Shown in pieces: positions 21,348 through 29,808 of a stretch of DNA of 64,000 nt. The notes below the pieces were generated by a model. It ran no database searches. It was not told the origin of the DNA and saw only the letters and a list, made by a program, of their open reading frames with translations. A program made the translations under genes and the position numbers. The first letter of the stretch is position 1; each line of letters opens with the position of its first letter. Origin of the DNA: an uncultured delta proteobacterium (GTDB lineage: Bacteria > Myxococcota > Myxococcia > Myxococcales > Myxococcaceae); NCBI GenBank assembly GCA_963771175.1, contig CAVYSY010000030.1, positions 192,001-256,000 of the forward strand, read 5' to 3'.

Positions 21348-24248
21348 CTACTTGTACTCCACCGTCAGGACGGCGCCGGTGCCCTCGGTGAGGAAGACGT
21401 AAGAGGTGCCGGCCTGGTTCTGCGTGAACTGGAGCCGGGCCTGCGTCTTGCCCACCTTGTTGATGGCGGTGAGCCCCGCGGCGTTGAAGTCGGTCGAGCT
21501 CTGGGTGCCGGTGGTGAACTTGATGAGGTTGGCCACCCCGCTCGCGGTGGCGGCCGCGGACCAGTCGGTGGTCTCGGTGGCGGCCGTGCCGAACGTGCCG
21601 TTCTTCAGGTCGAGGGAGAGGAGGTTGCCGGCGGGGTCGGCCCACGGGTCGGCCGACGAGGAGGACAGCGTCACCTTGAGCGAGGCCCGGACGATGGTGG
21701 CGGTGTCCGGGAGCGAGGAGGTGTCGAACGAGAAGAGAGTCCGGTTGTACCTGGCATCCGTGCCCTTGCCGACGGCCAGACTGGTCAGGGTCCCCACCGC
21801 CGGCGAGCTGCCGTCCACGTTCGCCTTCACGTACCCGTCATCCGCCGCGATGCTGTTGAACGAGACGGTCGTCGTCGTCCCCGCGGTGCCGTTGCTCACC
21901 GTGACCGTGGTGTCGTTGTCCGTGCCCACGTTGTTCGCCGCGTCATAGGCCTTGGCCAGCAGCGAGTGGCTGCCGTTGGCCACGCCCGCCGTGTTCCAGG
22001 TGAAGACGTAGGGGGCCGCGGTGACGGTGTCGGCCAGCACGCCGTCGATGTAGAACTCGACCTTCTTCACGCCGGCCGCATCCGAGGCGCTCGCCGTCAC
22101 GTCGAGGGTGCCGCTGACGGTGGCGCCGTTGGCCGGGGCGGTCACATTCACGGTGGGCGCCGTGGTGTCGGCGGAGGCGCTCGGCGGGCCGACGGAGATG
22201 CTGTCCACCCAGGCCTTCGCGCGGCTGAGGTTCGAGCCGGTGTCCGTCGCCGTGACGATGAACTTCAGGATGACGGTGCGGTTGGCGTACGCCGAGAGGT
22301 CGATGTCCGCGCGCTGCGTCCAGTTGGCCTCGGTGACAGTGCCGATGCCGCTCTTGGTCACCGAGTCCACGACGTTGTCGGTGCCGTTGTTGACGATGAC
22401 CTTGAAGCTCGCCGAGGCCGAGGTGTTGGCGCCGGAGAGGTCCAGCTTCCGCCAGTAGGTCAGCCGGGGGTTGGCCGTCAGCGTCACGCTGACGCTCGCG
22501 GTGCGGGTGACGGTGTTGAAGGCCGGCGTGGCTGCCCCGAGGATGGACTTGCTCCCGGACATGCCGGTCTGGTCACTGGCGTCCAGCGCCCACTCGGTGA
22601 GGCTCCAGCCCGCGGTGTCGGGGCCGTTGGTGGAGAAGCGCTCGGTGAAGCGCACCGAGTTCTGGTCCACCGTCACCGACACAAAGGTGGAGGCCGCCGT
22701 GTTGCCCGCGGCGTCGTAGGCCTTCGCCTGGACGGTGTGGACGCCCATGGCATACGAGGTGGTGTTCCAGTTGTACACGTACGGCCCGGCCTGCTGCGAC
22801 GACACGCCCTGGCCCACCACGACGCCGTCGACGAGGAACTCCACCTTCGTCACGCCGAAGTCATCCGAGGCGGTGGCGGCGATGTCGATGGCGCCGGCCA
22901 CGGTGGCGCCGGCGGTGGGGAAGGTGATGGCCACGCTGGGCGCCGTGGTGTCGGAGATACCGCCGGAGACAGTGACGGAGATGGTGCTGGAGGTCGCGGT
23001 GTTGCCCGCGGCGTCATGGGCCTTGGCCACCAGGGTGTGGGGGCCGTTGGTCGCCGCCGCGGTGTTCCAGCTGTACTCGAAGGGCGAGGCCGTGTCGGTG
23101 CCGACCAGGGTGTTGTCGATGGAGAACTCGACCTTGGAGATGCCGACGTCGTCCGTGGCGCTGGCCGTCACCTTCACCGTCCCGCTCACGCTGGCGCCGT
23201 TGGCGGGCGCGGAGAGGCTCACGGTGGGCGCGACCGTGTCGGAGTTGTCGAGTCCGAAGAACTTCGCCACGTACCAGGTGGAGCAGATGTCCGTGTCGAG
23301 CACGAAGGAGCCCGCCGTGCCACACGCGACGGTGGTGCCGGGGAACTTGAACGCCGGGTCGATGGCCGTGCCGTGCCCCATGCCAGTGAGGGCGTAGGTC
23401 TCCACCAGCGCGTTGCCCGCGGTGTCCTTGTAGACCTTGTGGGGGTAGCCGGCGACCGTCTCGCTGACGTCCGCCGTCTGGTCGATGCCGTGCACCGCCG
23501 TCCACTGTTCCATGGCCTCCGTCTGGTTGGTGTTCTTCACGGTGTAGTCGGACGTGCCGTGCCAGATGGAGATTTTCGGGTAGGGGCCGGTGTAGCTGGC
23601 GTAGGCATTGCGGACCAGGTCCCTCCACTGCGTGGGCGTCTTGTCCGCACCCGGGCTCATGCAGGAGAAGCCATCGTTCATCGTGGTCGCGCACTTGTAC
23701 GGGACGCCCGCCATCACGGCGGCCCCGGCGAAGACGTCGGGGTAGGCGGCGGCCATCACGTGCGTCATCGCGCCACCCGCGGACAGGCCGGTGACGAAGA
23801 CGCGGCGCGGGTCGATGGAGTGGTCGACCATCATCTTGTCGACCATCTGCTTGATGGAGAGCGCCTCGCCCTGCCCACGCGCGATGTCACCCGGCTCGAA
23901 CCAGTTGAAGCAGGTGTTCTGGTTGTTGGCGCTGAGCTGCTCCGGGTAGACCACGTAGAACTTGAGCTGTTCGGCCAGCGCGTTCCAGCCGGTGAGGGTG
24001 TAGCCGTCAGGGGTTTGGACACATCCGTGCAGCGCCACCACCAGCGGGGCGTTGGCGGGCATGCTGGCGGGGACGTGCTTCCACATCTTCAGGTTGCCGG
24101 GGTTGGTCCCGAAGCTCGTCACCTGCGTCAGCGAGCCGTACAGCTCCCCCAAGGGGGGTGGGGTCTCCTCCGGCGGTAGCTGCTCGCACCCGAGTACGGT
24201 CAGGGCGAGAACCGCACCCACGACTCCTGCGAAACGTCGATTCAGCAT
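21348..24248 (-). CDS. Extracellular PHB depolymerase family esterase (type I catalytic domain), lipoprotein with Ig-like (Big) domains
   Basis: FGTNPGNLKM, ALHGC, CFNWF, VTGLSAGGAM, WHGTSDYTV, GMGHG; lipobox VLGC; three DT.AP.V....P..GA.V.G Ig-like repeats. Confidence 0.9.
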   Translation of the reverse strand: MLNRRFAGVVGAVLALTVLGCEQLPPEETPPPLGELYGSLTQVTSFGTNPGNLKMWKHVPASMPANAPLVVALHGCVQTPDGYTLTGWNALAEQLKFYVVYPEQLSANNQNTCFNWFEPGDIARGQGEALSIKQMVDKMMVDHSIDPRRVFVTGLSAGGAMTHVMAAAYPDVFAGAAVMAGVPYKCATTMNDGFSCMSPGADKTPTQWRDLVRNAYASYTGPYPKISIWHGTSDYTVKNTNQTEAMEQWTAVHGIDQTADVSETVAGYPHKVYKDTAGNALVETYALTGMGHGTAIDPAFKFPGTTVACGTAGSFVLDTDICSTWYVAKFFGLDNSDTVAPTVSLSAPANGASVSGTVKVTASATDDVGISKVEFSIDNTLVGTDTASPFEYSWNTAAATNGPHTLVAKAHDAAGNTATSSTISVTVSGGISDTTAPSVAITFPTAGATVAGAIDIAATASDDFGVTKVEFLVDGVVVGQGVSSQQAGPYVYNWNTTSYAMGVHTVQAKAYDAAGNTAASTFVSVTVDQNSVRFTERFSTNGPDTAGWSLTEWALDASDQTGMSGSKSILGAATPAFNTVTRTASVSVTLTANPRLTYWRKLDLSGANTSASASFKVIVNNGTDNVVDSVTKSGIGTVTEANWTQRADIDLSAYANRTVILKFIVTATDTGSNLSRAKAWVDSISVGPPSASADTTAPTVNVTAPANGATVSGTLDVTASASDAAGVKKVEFYIDGVLADTVTAAPYVFTWNTAGVANGSHSLLAKAYDAANNVGTDNDTTVTVSNGTAGTTTTVSFNSIAADDGYVKANVDGSSPAVGTLTSLAVGKGTDARYNRTLFSFDTSSLPDTATIVRASLKVTLSSSSADPWADPAGNLLSLDLKNGTFGTAATETTDWSAAATASGVANLIKFTTGTQSSTDFNAAGLTAINKVGKTQARLQFTQNQAGTSYVFLTEGTGAVLTVEYK

Positions 24249-24344
24249 GTGTGCTCCCGGGAAAGTGGGGCTAATGCCTTACCATGTTCCAATGAGTTTT
24301 TATTATGTGTTCTGTTCCAGGGAATGACCCGGAGGGCGCCGCGC

Positions 24345-24386
24345 CATGACGCGCAATGTCATGTGTTTCATGACGCGCAATGTCAT
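24345..24386. promoter_or_regulatory. Two direct copies (24-bp period) of palindromic ATGAC-N7-GTCAT; candidate TF operators
   Basis: catgacgcgcaatgtcat at 24345-24362 and 24369-24386, in an AT-rich divergent intergenic region. Confidence 0.65.
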
Positions 24387-24403
24387 ACGTGCGAGTCACG
24401 CAG

Positions 24404-24456
24404 ACATGAACCCATCTTCATATAAACATGAATCTAACATCATATAAACATGAATC
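24404..24456. promoter_or_regulatory. Tandem TCAT-N6-ATGA(A) motifs, 22-bp period; candidate operators of a second TF
   Basis: tcatataaacatgaatc at 24418-24434 and 24440-24456; ACATGAA at 24404, 24426 and 24448. Confidence 0.6.
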
Positions 24457-24571
24457 CGGCTTCAGGTGCGCTAGGATGGCGCCGCCGCCAACGAGGCCGG
24501 CTTTGGGAGGGGGCCTCCCGACACGTACGGACCCGGCACCTCTCATCTCCCTACTCCACAGGAGTCCACAC

Positions 24572-26017
24572 ATGAGGATGTCCAAGCACTCCCTCCGGTT
24601 CTACGCGACCGGACTCGCCACCTGCGCCCTGCTCGCGTGCGACAAGCCGGAGAAGCCGGATGACACCGGGACCGGCCAACAGGACGTGGTGACGGTGGAG
24701 AGCTGCCGCAAGCAGCTCGCCGCTCGCCAGGATGAGCTGCGCGCCGAGGGAGTGGACGTGGCCAACTGGTCCTTCCGGGATGCGCCCCAGATGGTGGAGC
24801 CGGCGCTCACCGAGCGGCAGACGCCCCAGACCTACAAGGAGTACGACGGCAAGTACCGCCCGCTGAGCAACCACCCCGGCTGCTCCGTGGACAACCTCTA
24901 CTACGACAAGGCGAACACCCGGACGGATACCGGTCGCACGCCCTTCGTCGACGGCAACAATGACGGCAAGTGGACCGGGCGCTCCGACTTCGGTGGCCCC
25001 AACGCCGCCACGGGCTTCGTCGATGGGGACAAGGCCAACATCCCCGGCTACCCCTGCGCCGCCAAGCAGTACACGCCGAACGCCGAGGACACCTCCAAGC
25101 CCATCGTCATCCTCGTGCACGGCAACTCCACCCGGCCGCACACCTGGGAGAAGTTCCTCCTGCCGGCGGGCACGCCCATCAACGCCGCCGTCGAGAAGGT
25201 CCAGTTCAACCCGGACACGGAGGCCCGGGCCCAGCTCGCCGAGCGCCTCGTCGCCGATCATTTCAACGTCATCGCCGTGGACTTCCGCACGGACCTGATC
25301 GCCACGGTGGACCCCACCGCCAACAACACCACGGAGAACGCGGCCGGCAACATCGACCACGGCTGGTCCACGCCCATCCTCCAGTCGCTCGTCAAGGCGG
25401 TGATGAAGAACAACCCCGGCCGCAAGGTGGCGCTGGTGGGCCACTCGCTGGGCGTGACGGTGGTGCGTGACGCCATCCGCCGGCTGTACGTGGAGCACGT
25501 CGACGGGGTGGAGGGCGCCATCAACCCCTTCCCGCAGCTCAGCCACGTCATCCTCGGCTCGGGCGCCAACCACGGCGTGTCCACCTATGACCCGCCGAGC
25601 GCGCTGTGCGGCACCAACCCGACCATGCGCGGCACGATCGTCTGCGAGATGGGCAGCCGCGCCAACTACCAGCCGACGTACTTCCACAAGCCGCTCAACG
25701 GCCCGAAGGACCTGTTCGCCACCCCGTGCGCGGACGGTGACTACGCCTTCGGCAAGACGGGCCAGTGCAACGGCAACGTGGTGAAGTACTTCACCATCAC
25801 CATGACGGACATCGAGCAGGGCGCCAACTACCAGGACTTCTACGTGTCCGAGGCGGCCTCGCGCATCGACATGCCGGGGTGCGTGGTGAACAAGCTGACG
25901 ACGCTCAACGACTACGACACCAGTGGCTATTTCCTCAAGGGCTTCATCGCCAACCACTTCGGCTCCCTGCGCTCCGACGCGGGCCTGCGGCTCGCCATGG
26001 AGTATCTGGCGCGCTAG
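24572..26017 (+). CDS. Lipoprotein alpha/beta hydrolase (Lipase_2/PhaZ7-like)
   Basis: AGGAG RBS; lipobox LLAC; PIVILVHGNS oxyanion motif; ALVGHSLG nucleophile; GSGANHG; C-terminal ANHFG His. Confidence 0.8.
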   Translation: MRMSKHSLRFYATGLATCALLACDKPEKPDDTGTGQQDVVTVESCRKQLAARQDELRAEGVDVANWSFRDAPQMVEPALTERQTPQTYKEYDGKYRPLSNHPGCSVDNLYYDKANTRTDTGRTPFVDGNNDGKWTGRSDFGGPNAATGFVDGDKANIPGYPCAAKQYTPNAEDTSKPIVILVHGNSTRPHTWEKFLLPAGTPINAAVEKVQFNPDTEARAQLAERLVADHFNVIAVDFRTDLIATVDPTANNTTENAAGNIDHGWSTPILQSLVKAVMKNNPGRKVALVGHSLGVTVVRDAIRRLYVEHVDGVEGAINPFPQLSHVILGSGANHGVSTYDPPSALCGTNPTMRGTIVCEMGSRANYQPTYFHKPLNGPKDLFATPCADGDYAFGKTGQCNGNVVKYFTITMTDIEQGANYQDFYVSEAASRIDMPGCVVNKLTTLNDYDTSGYFLKGFIANHFGSLRSDAGLRLAMEYLAR

Positions 26018-26041
26018 TCGTCGGCCCCTGGCAGTCTCCTT

Positions 26042-26080
26042 CCGCCGCCCGCGCTCGTGGCTGCCGCGCGCGGGCGGCGG
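26042..26080 (+). other. Strong intercistronic hairpin (13-bp GC stem, no U-tract)
   Basis: ccgccgcccgcgc (26042-26054) pairs with gcgcgggcggcgg (26068-26080). Confidence 0.55.
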
Positions 26081-26120
26081 TCTCCCCTTAGCGAAGTGCA
26101 GCCGAAGAGAGTCTTCCTCC

Positions 26121-27512
26121 ATGAATCCGAAGTTCCCCGCCGCGTCCCGCCTGACGCTCGCGTGCACGCTGGCGTCCGCCCTGGTGGCGGCCCCGGCCCT
26201 GGCGCAGACCTCCGACGCCCCGGTCGCGCCCACCCCCGAGGCCGCGCCCCAGGCCGCTCCCGCCGCGGCTCCCGAGAAGCCCGATGCCGAGAGCAAGCAG
26301 GACCCGGAGGCGCTGGTGGTGAGCGCGCCGGCGCCCGAGAGCAAGCCCGTCTTCGGCGTCGGCAGCGAGCGGTACTTCATCAACCCGGTCATCGCCATCG
26401 CGGGCGGCATCCAGTCGGAGAACCTGCTGGTCAACCCCAACCCGCAGAAGGAGGGCCGCATCACCACGGTGGCCCTCGCGCGCTTCGGGTTCGAGGGGCG
26501 CCTGGGGCAGTACGTCACCTTCCGCAGCGAGTTCGAGCGCAACATCCGCAGCCACGGCTCGGGCATCTGGGAGGGCACGGCCTCCATGTCCGTGCGCGAC
26601 CAGGTGCTGCGCCTGCAGCGCTGGGGCGCCACGGTGGAGGCCGGCATCATCCTGGACCCGGCCAGCGTGGACTACTTCTCCGCGCACATCGGCGACGTGC
26701 TCCTGGCGGACAAGTACACGAGAGATCCGCTGCTCTACTCCGGCTTCAACCGCGGCCAGGGCGTGCAGGCGCGCTACTCGCGCTGGGGCCTCACCGCCGG
26801 CCTGAGCTACACCGAGGCCAACCCGCTGAGCTCCTCGGCCTCCTTCATGGTGGGCGGCTCCTTCGGCGGCAACAGCCGCTTCTGGGAGCGGCCCCTGGGC
26901 AACTTCCGCAACGGCCAGCCGGATGACGACATCCACTTCCGCGTCATCAGCCCCTCGCTCGGCTACGAGCACCCCTGGTTCGAGGCCAAGGCGATGGTGC
27001 AGGTCTTCAACATCAACTACCAGGCCAACTCCATCGAGGATCCGCCGATTCAGGGCTACAACGCCCGCGGCAACGTGAAGCTCAAGCTCAAGGGCATGGT
27101 GCCGGCGCTGCCCTTCGCGGTGGAGCCCTTCTTCAACGTCGCGCGCGTGCAGAACGACGTGGTGAACTCGGCCTCGGGCTACGGCAACCAGCTCCTGGAC
27201 ACGCGCTTCGACGCGCTCACCCTCTCCGGCGGTCTGGACGTCTTCCTCTCTGGCAAGTCGGGCGTGGGCTTCAACTTCGTGCGCGTGGCGGACCACACGC
27301 CTTCCTTCGTTCCCCCCACGGGCTCCACGGCCGCCAGCGAGCCCGTCCTCTCCACGAACATCACCTACCTCAACGTGGGCGCGACCTGGTGGATGTTCGA
27401 CCAGGTGGCGCTCGGCGCGCGCGTGGCCACCTTCTCGAAGAAGATCGAAGGCAAGCCCGAGCTCGAGGAGCGCGACCTGTCCGGCTTCCTCACGCTGCGG
27501 ATGATCCTCTAA
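26121..27512 (+). CDS. Putative outer-membrane beta-barrel porin
   Basis: Signal peptide ending ALA-Q, Pro/Ala-rich linker, many amphipathic beta strands, C-terminal SGFLTLRMIL; its stop overlaps the next start (TAATG). Confidence 0.7.
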   Translation: MNPKFPAASRLTLACTLASALVAAPALAQTSDAPVAPTPEAAPQAAPAAAPEKPDAESKQDPEALVVSAPAPESKPVFGVGSERYFINPVIAIAGGIQSENLLVNPNPQKEGRITTVALARFGFEGRLGQYVTFRSEFERNIRSHGSGIWEGTASMSVRDQVLRLQRWGATVEAGIILDPASVDYFSAHIGDVLLADKYTRDPLLYSGFNRGQGVQARYSRWGLTAGLSYTEANPLSSSASFMVGGSFGGNSRFWERPLGNFRNGQPDDDIHFRVISPSLGYEHPWFEAKAMVQVFNINYQANSIEDPPIQGYNARGNVKLKLKGMVPALPFAVEPFFNVARVQNDVVNSASGYGNQLLDTRFDALTLSGGLDVFLSGKSGVGFNFVRVADHTPSFVPPTGSTAASEPVLSTNITYLNVGATWWMFDQVALGARVATFSKKIEGKPELEERDLSGFLTLRMIL

Positions 27513-28294
27513 TGAGCACGCCCATGGGAGAGCTGACGGGAAAGTGCGCGCTCGTCACGGGCGCGGCGAGCGGCATCGGCCGGGCGGTGGCGGAGGACCT
27601 GGGCGCGAGGGGCGCCCGGGTGCTCGTGTCGGACCTGGACGAGGCGGGCGCGCGAGCGGTGGCCGAGGGCATTCCGGGCGCCATCGCCCAGCGGGCGGAC
27701 GTGTCCTCGCGTGAGGACTGCCGGGCGCTGGTGGACCGGGCCCAGAAGGAGTGGGATCGGCTGGACATCCTGGTGAACAACGCCGGGCTGCAGCACGTGG
27801 CCCCGGTGGAGGAGTTCCCCGAGGACCGCTGGGAGCAGATGATCCGCATCATGCTGGTGGGGCCCTTCCTGCTCACCAGGTATGCCCTGCCGCTGATGTA
27901 CGCCCGGAAGTGGGGGCGCATCATCAACGTCTCCTCGCTGCACGGGCTGGTCGCGTCGCCGTACAAGTCGGCCTACATCTCGGCGAAGCACGGGCTGATG
28001 GGGCTGACGAAGACGGTGGCGCTGGAGGCGGCGGACAAGGGCGTGACGGTGAACGCCATCTGCCCCAGCTACGTGCGCACGCCGCTGGTGGAGAAGCAGA
28101 TCGCCGACCAGGCCCGGGTGAACGGGCTGTCCGAGCAGGAGGTCGTCGAGCGCATCATGCTGGCCCCAGCGGCGGTGAAGCGCCTGCTGGAGCCGAGCGA
28201 GGTGGCGGCCTACGTGTCCTTCCTGTGCTCGGAGGCCGCGGGCGGCATCACCGGGGCCGCCCAGGTGATGGACTGCGGCTGGACGGCCCGCTGA
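27512..28294 (+). CDS. bdhA: D-3-hydroxybutyrate dehydrogenase (SDR)
   Basis: TGAASGIG, NNAGLQHVAPVEEFP, SSLHGLVASPYKSAYISAKHG, CPSYVRTPLVEKQI: signature of 3HB dehydrogenases. Confidence 0.92.
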   Translation: MSTPMGELTGKCALVTGAASGIGRAVAEDLGARGARVLVSDLDEAGARAVAEGIPGAIAQRADVSSREDCRALVDRAQKEWDRLDILVNNAGLQHVAPVEEFPEDRWEQMIRIMLVGPFLLTRYALPLMYARKWGRIINVSSLHGLVASPYKSAYISAKHGLMGLTKTVALEAADKGVTVNAICPSYVRTPLVEKQIADQARVNGLSEQEVVERIMLAPAAVKRLLEPSEVAAYVSFLCSEAAGGITGAAQVMDCGWTAR

Positions 28295-28303
28295 GTCGAG
28301 CCG

Positions 28304-29673
28304 TCAGGCCACTTCGCGCTTCTTGTCGGTCCCCGCGGCGCCGTCCGCGGGGGCCGTGGGGGCCGCCTCGGAGAGGTTCCCGCGGAACGTCTCGGCGGAG
28401 AGGTAGACGGAGACGAGGGTGACGAGCGCGAGGCCCACCATGTAGAGCGACACGGGCCACGCCTTGCCGCCGGACTCCGTCAGCAGCCAGGTGGCGATGA
28501 GGGGCGACAGCCCGCCGGCGAACACGGAGGCGAGCTGGTAGCCCAGCGACGCGCCGCTGTAGCGCACGCGGGTGCCGAAGAGCTCGGAGAAGAAGCTGGC
28601 CTGCGGCCCGTACATGGCGGCGTGGGCGATGATGCCGAGCGTGATGGACAGCAGGATGAGGCCCGTCGCCTTCGTGTCGATGAGCCAGAAGAAGGGGAAG
28701 GCCAGCAGCGCGCACCCCAGGGCGCCGCCGAGGTAGACGGGCCGGCGGCCGAAGCGATCCGAGGCGGCTCCAAAGGCGGGGATGGCCACCAGGTGGACGA
28801 CGGTGGCTCCGAGCACGCAGTTGAGCATGGTGGAGCGCTCCATCCCGAGCCGCTCGGTGCCGTAGGTGAGCACGAAGGTGGTGACGATGTAGAAGAAGCC
28901 GTTCTCGGCGAAGCGCGCCCCCATGGCGAGGAGGATCTGCTTGGGGTAGGTGCGCAGCACCTCGAGCGATGGGCAGCTTCGGGCCGGAGCCGGGGGCCTT
29001 GTGGGCGGCGCGGAAGGCGGGGGACTCGGCGACGCTCAGGCGGATGAAGACGCCGATGCCGATGAGCACGGCGCTGAAGCAGGAAGGGCACGCGCCAGCC
29101 CCAGGAGAGGAACTGCTCCTCGGGCAGGCGGGAGAAGATGGAGAACACGCCAGTTGGCCACCAGCAGGCCCGCGGGAGCGCCGATCTGCGGCCAGCTCCC
29201 GTAGAAGCCGCGCCGGTGCGCGGGGGCGTGCTCCACGGCCATGAGCACCGCGCCGCCCCACTCGCCGCCCAGGCCGAAGCCCTGCAGGACGCGCAGCAGC
29301 ACCAGCAGCACGGGGGCCCAGACGCCGATCTGCTCGTAGGTGGGCAGCAGGCCGATGGCGAAGGTGGCCGCGCCCATGATCATCAGCGTGGCGCACAGCA
29401 TGGACTTGCGGCCGATCTTGTCGCCGAAGTGGCCGAAGACGATGCCGCCGAGCGGCCGGGCGACGAAGCCCACGGCGAAGGTGGCGAACGCGGCGAGCGT
29501 GCCGACCAGCGGGTCGAAGGACGGGAAGAAGAGCGGTTGAAGACCAGCGCCGCCGCGGTGCCGTAGAGGAAGAAGTCGTACCACTCGATGGTCGTGCCGA
29601 TGAAGCTCGCGGCGGCCACCTTCCAGGTGGATTGGGACTTCTCGGGCGTCGGGGCCGCGTCAGGTGCCGTCAC
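28304..29673 (-). CDS. MFS transporter, metabolite:H+ symporter (MHS/ShiA-like); frameshifts near 29535, 29150, 29078 and 28965
   Basis: ASFIGTTIEWYDFFLYG, ARPLGGIVFGHFGDKIGRK, LRVLQGFGLGGEWGGA, WGWRVPF, SDRFGRR, ELF.TRVRYSGAS. Confidence 0.9.
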
Positions 29674-29721
29674 GTCGTGTTGCCTCGCGTGGTGGGGTGA
29701 AGGCGTCCTGAATAGCCGCTT

Positions 29722-29756
29722 CCCCCGCGAGAGGACAACAGGGGCTCTCGCGGGGG
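29722..29756 (-). other. Intercistronic hairpin (12-bp stem)
   Basis: cccccgcgagag (29722-29733) pairs with ctctcgcggggg (29745-29756). Confidence 0.45.
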
Positions 29757-29808
29757 CGCGAGACGGGCACCCCGCTAGCGGGGCGCCCGCTCCGTGTGAG
29801 GCTTTGAC

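Noticed and set aside
24345..24456. Direct repeats as a mini-CRISPR
   Set aside because: Only two copies of each 17-18-bp unit with 5-6-bp gaps, and no cas genes; these fit operators better
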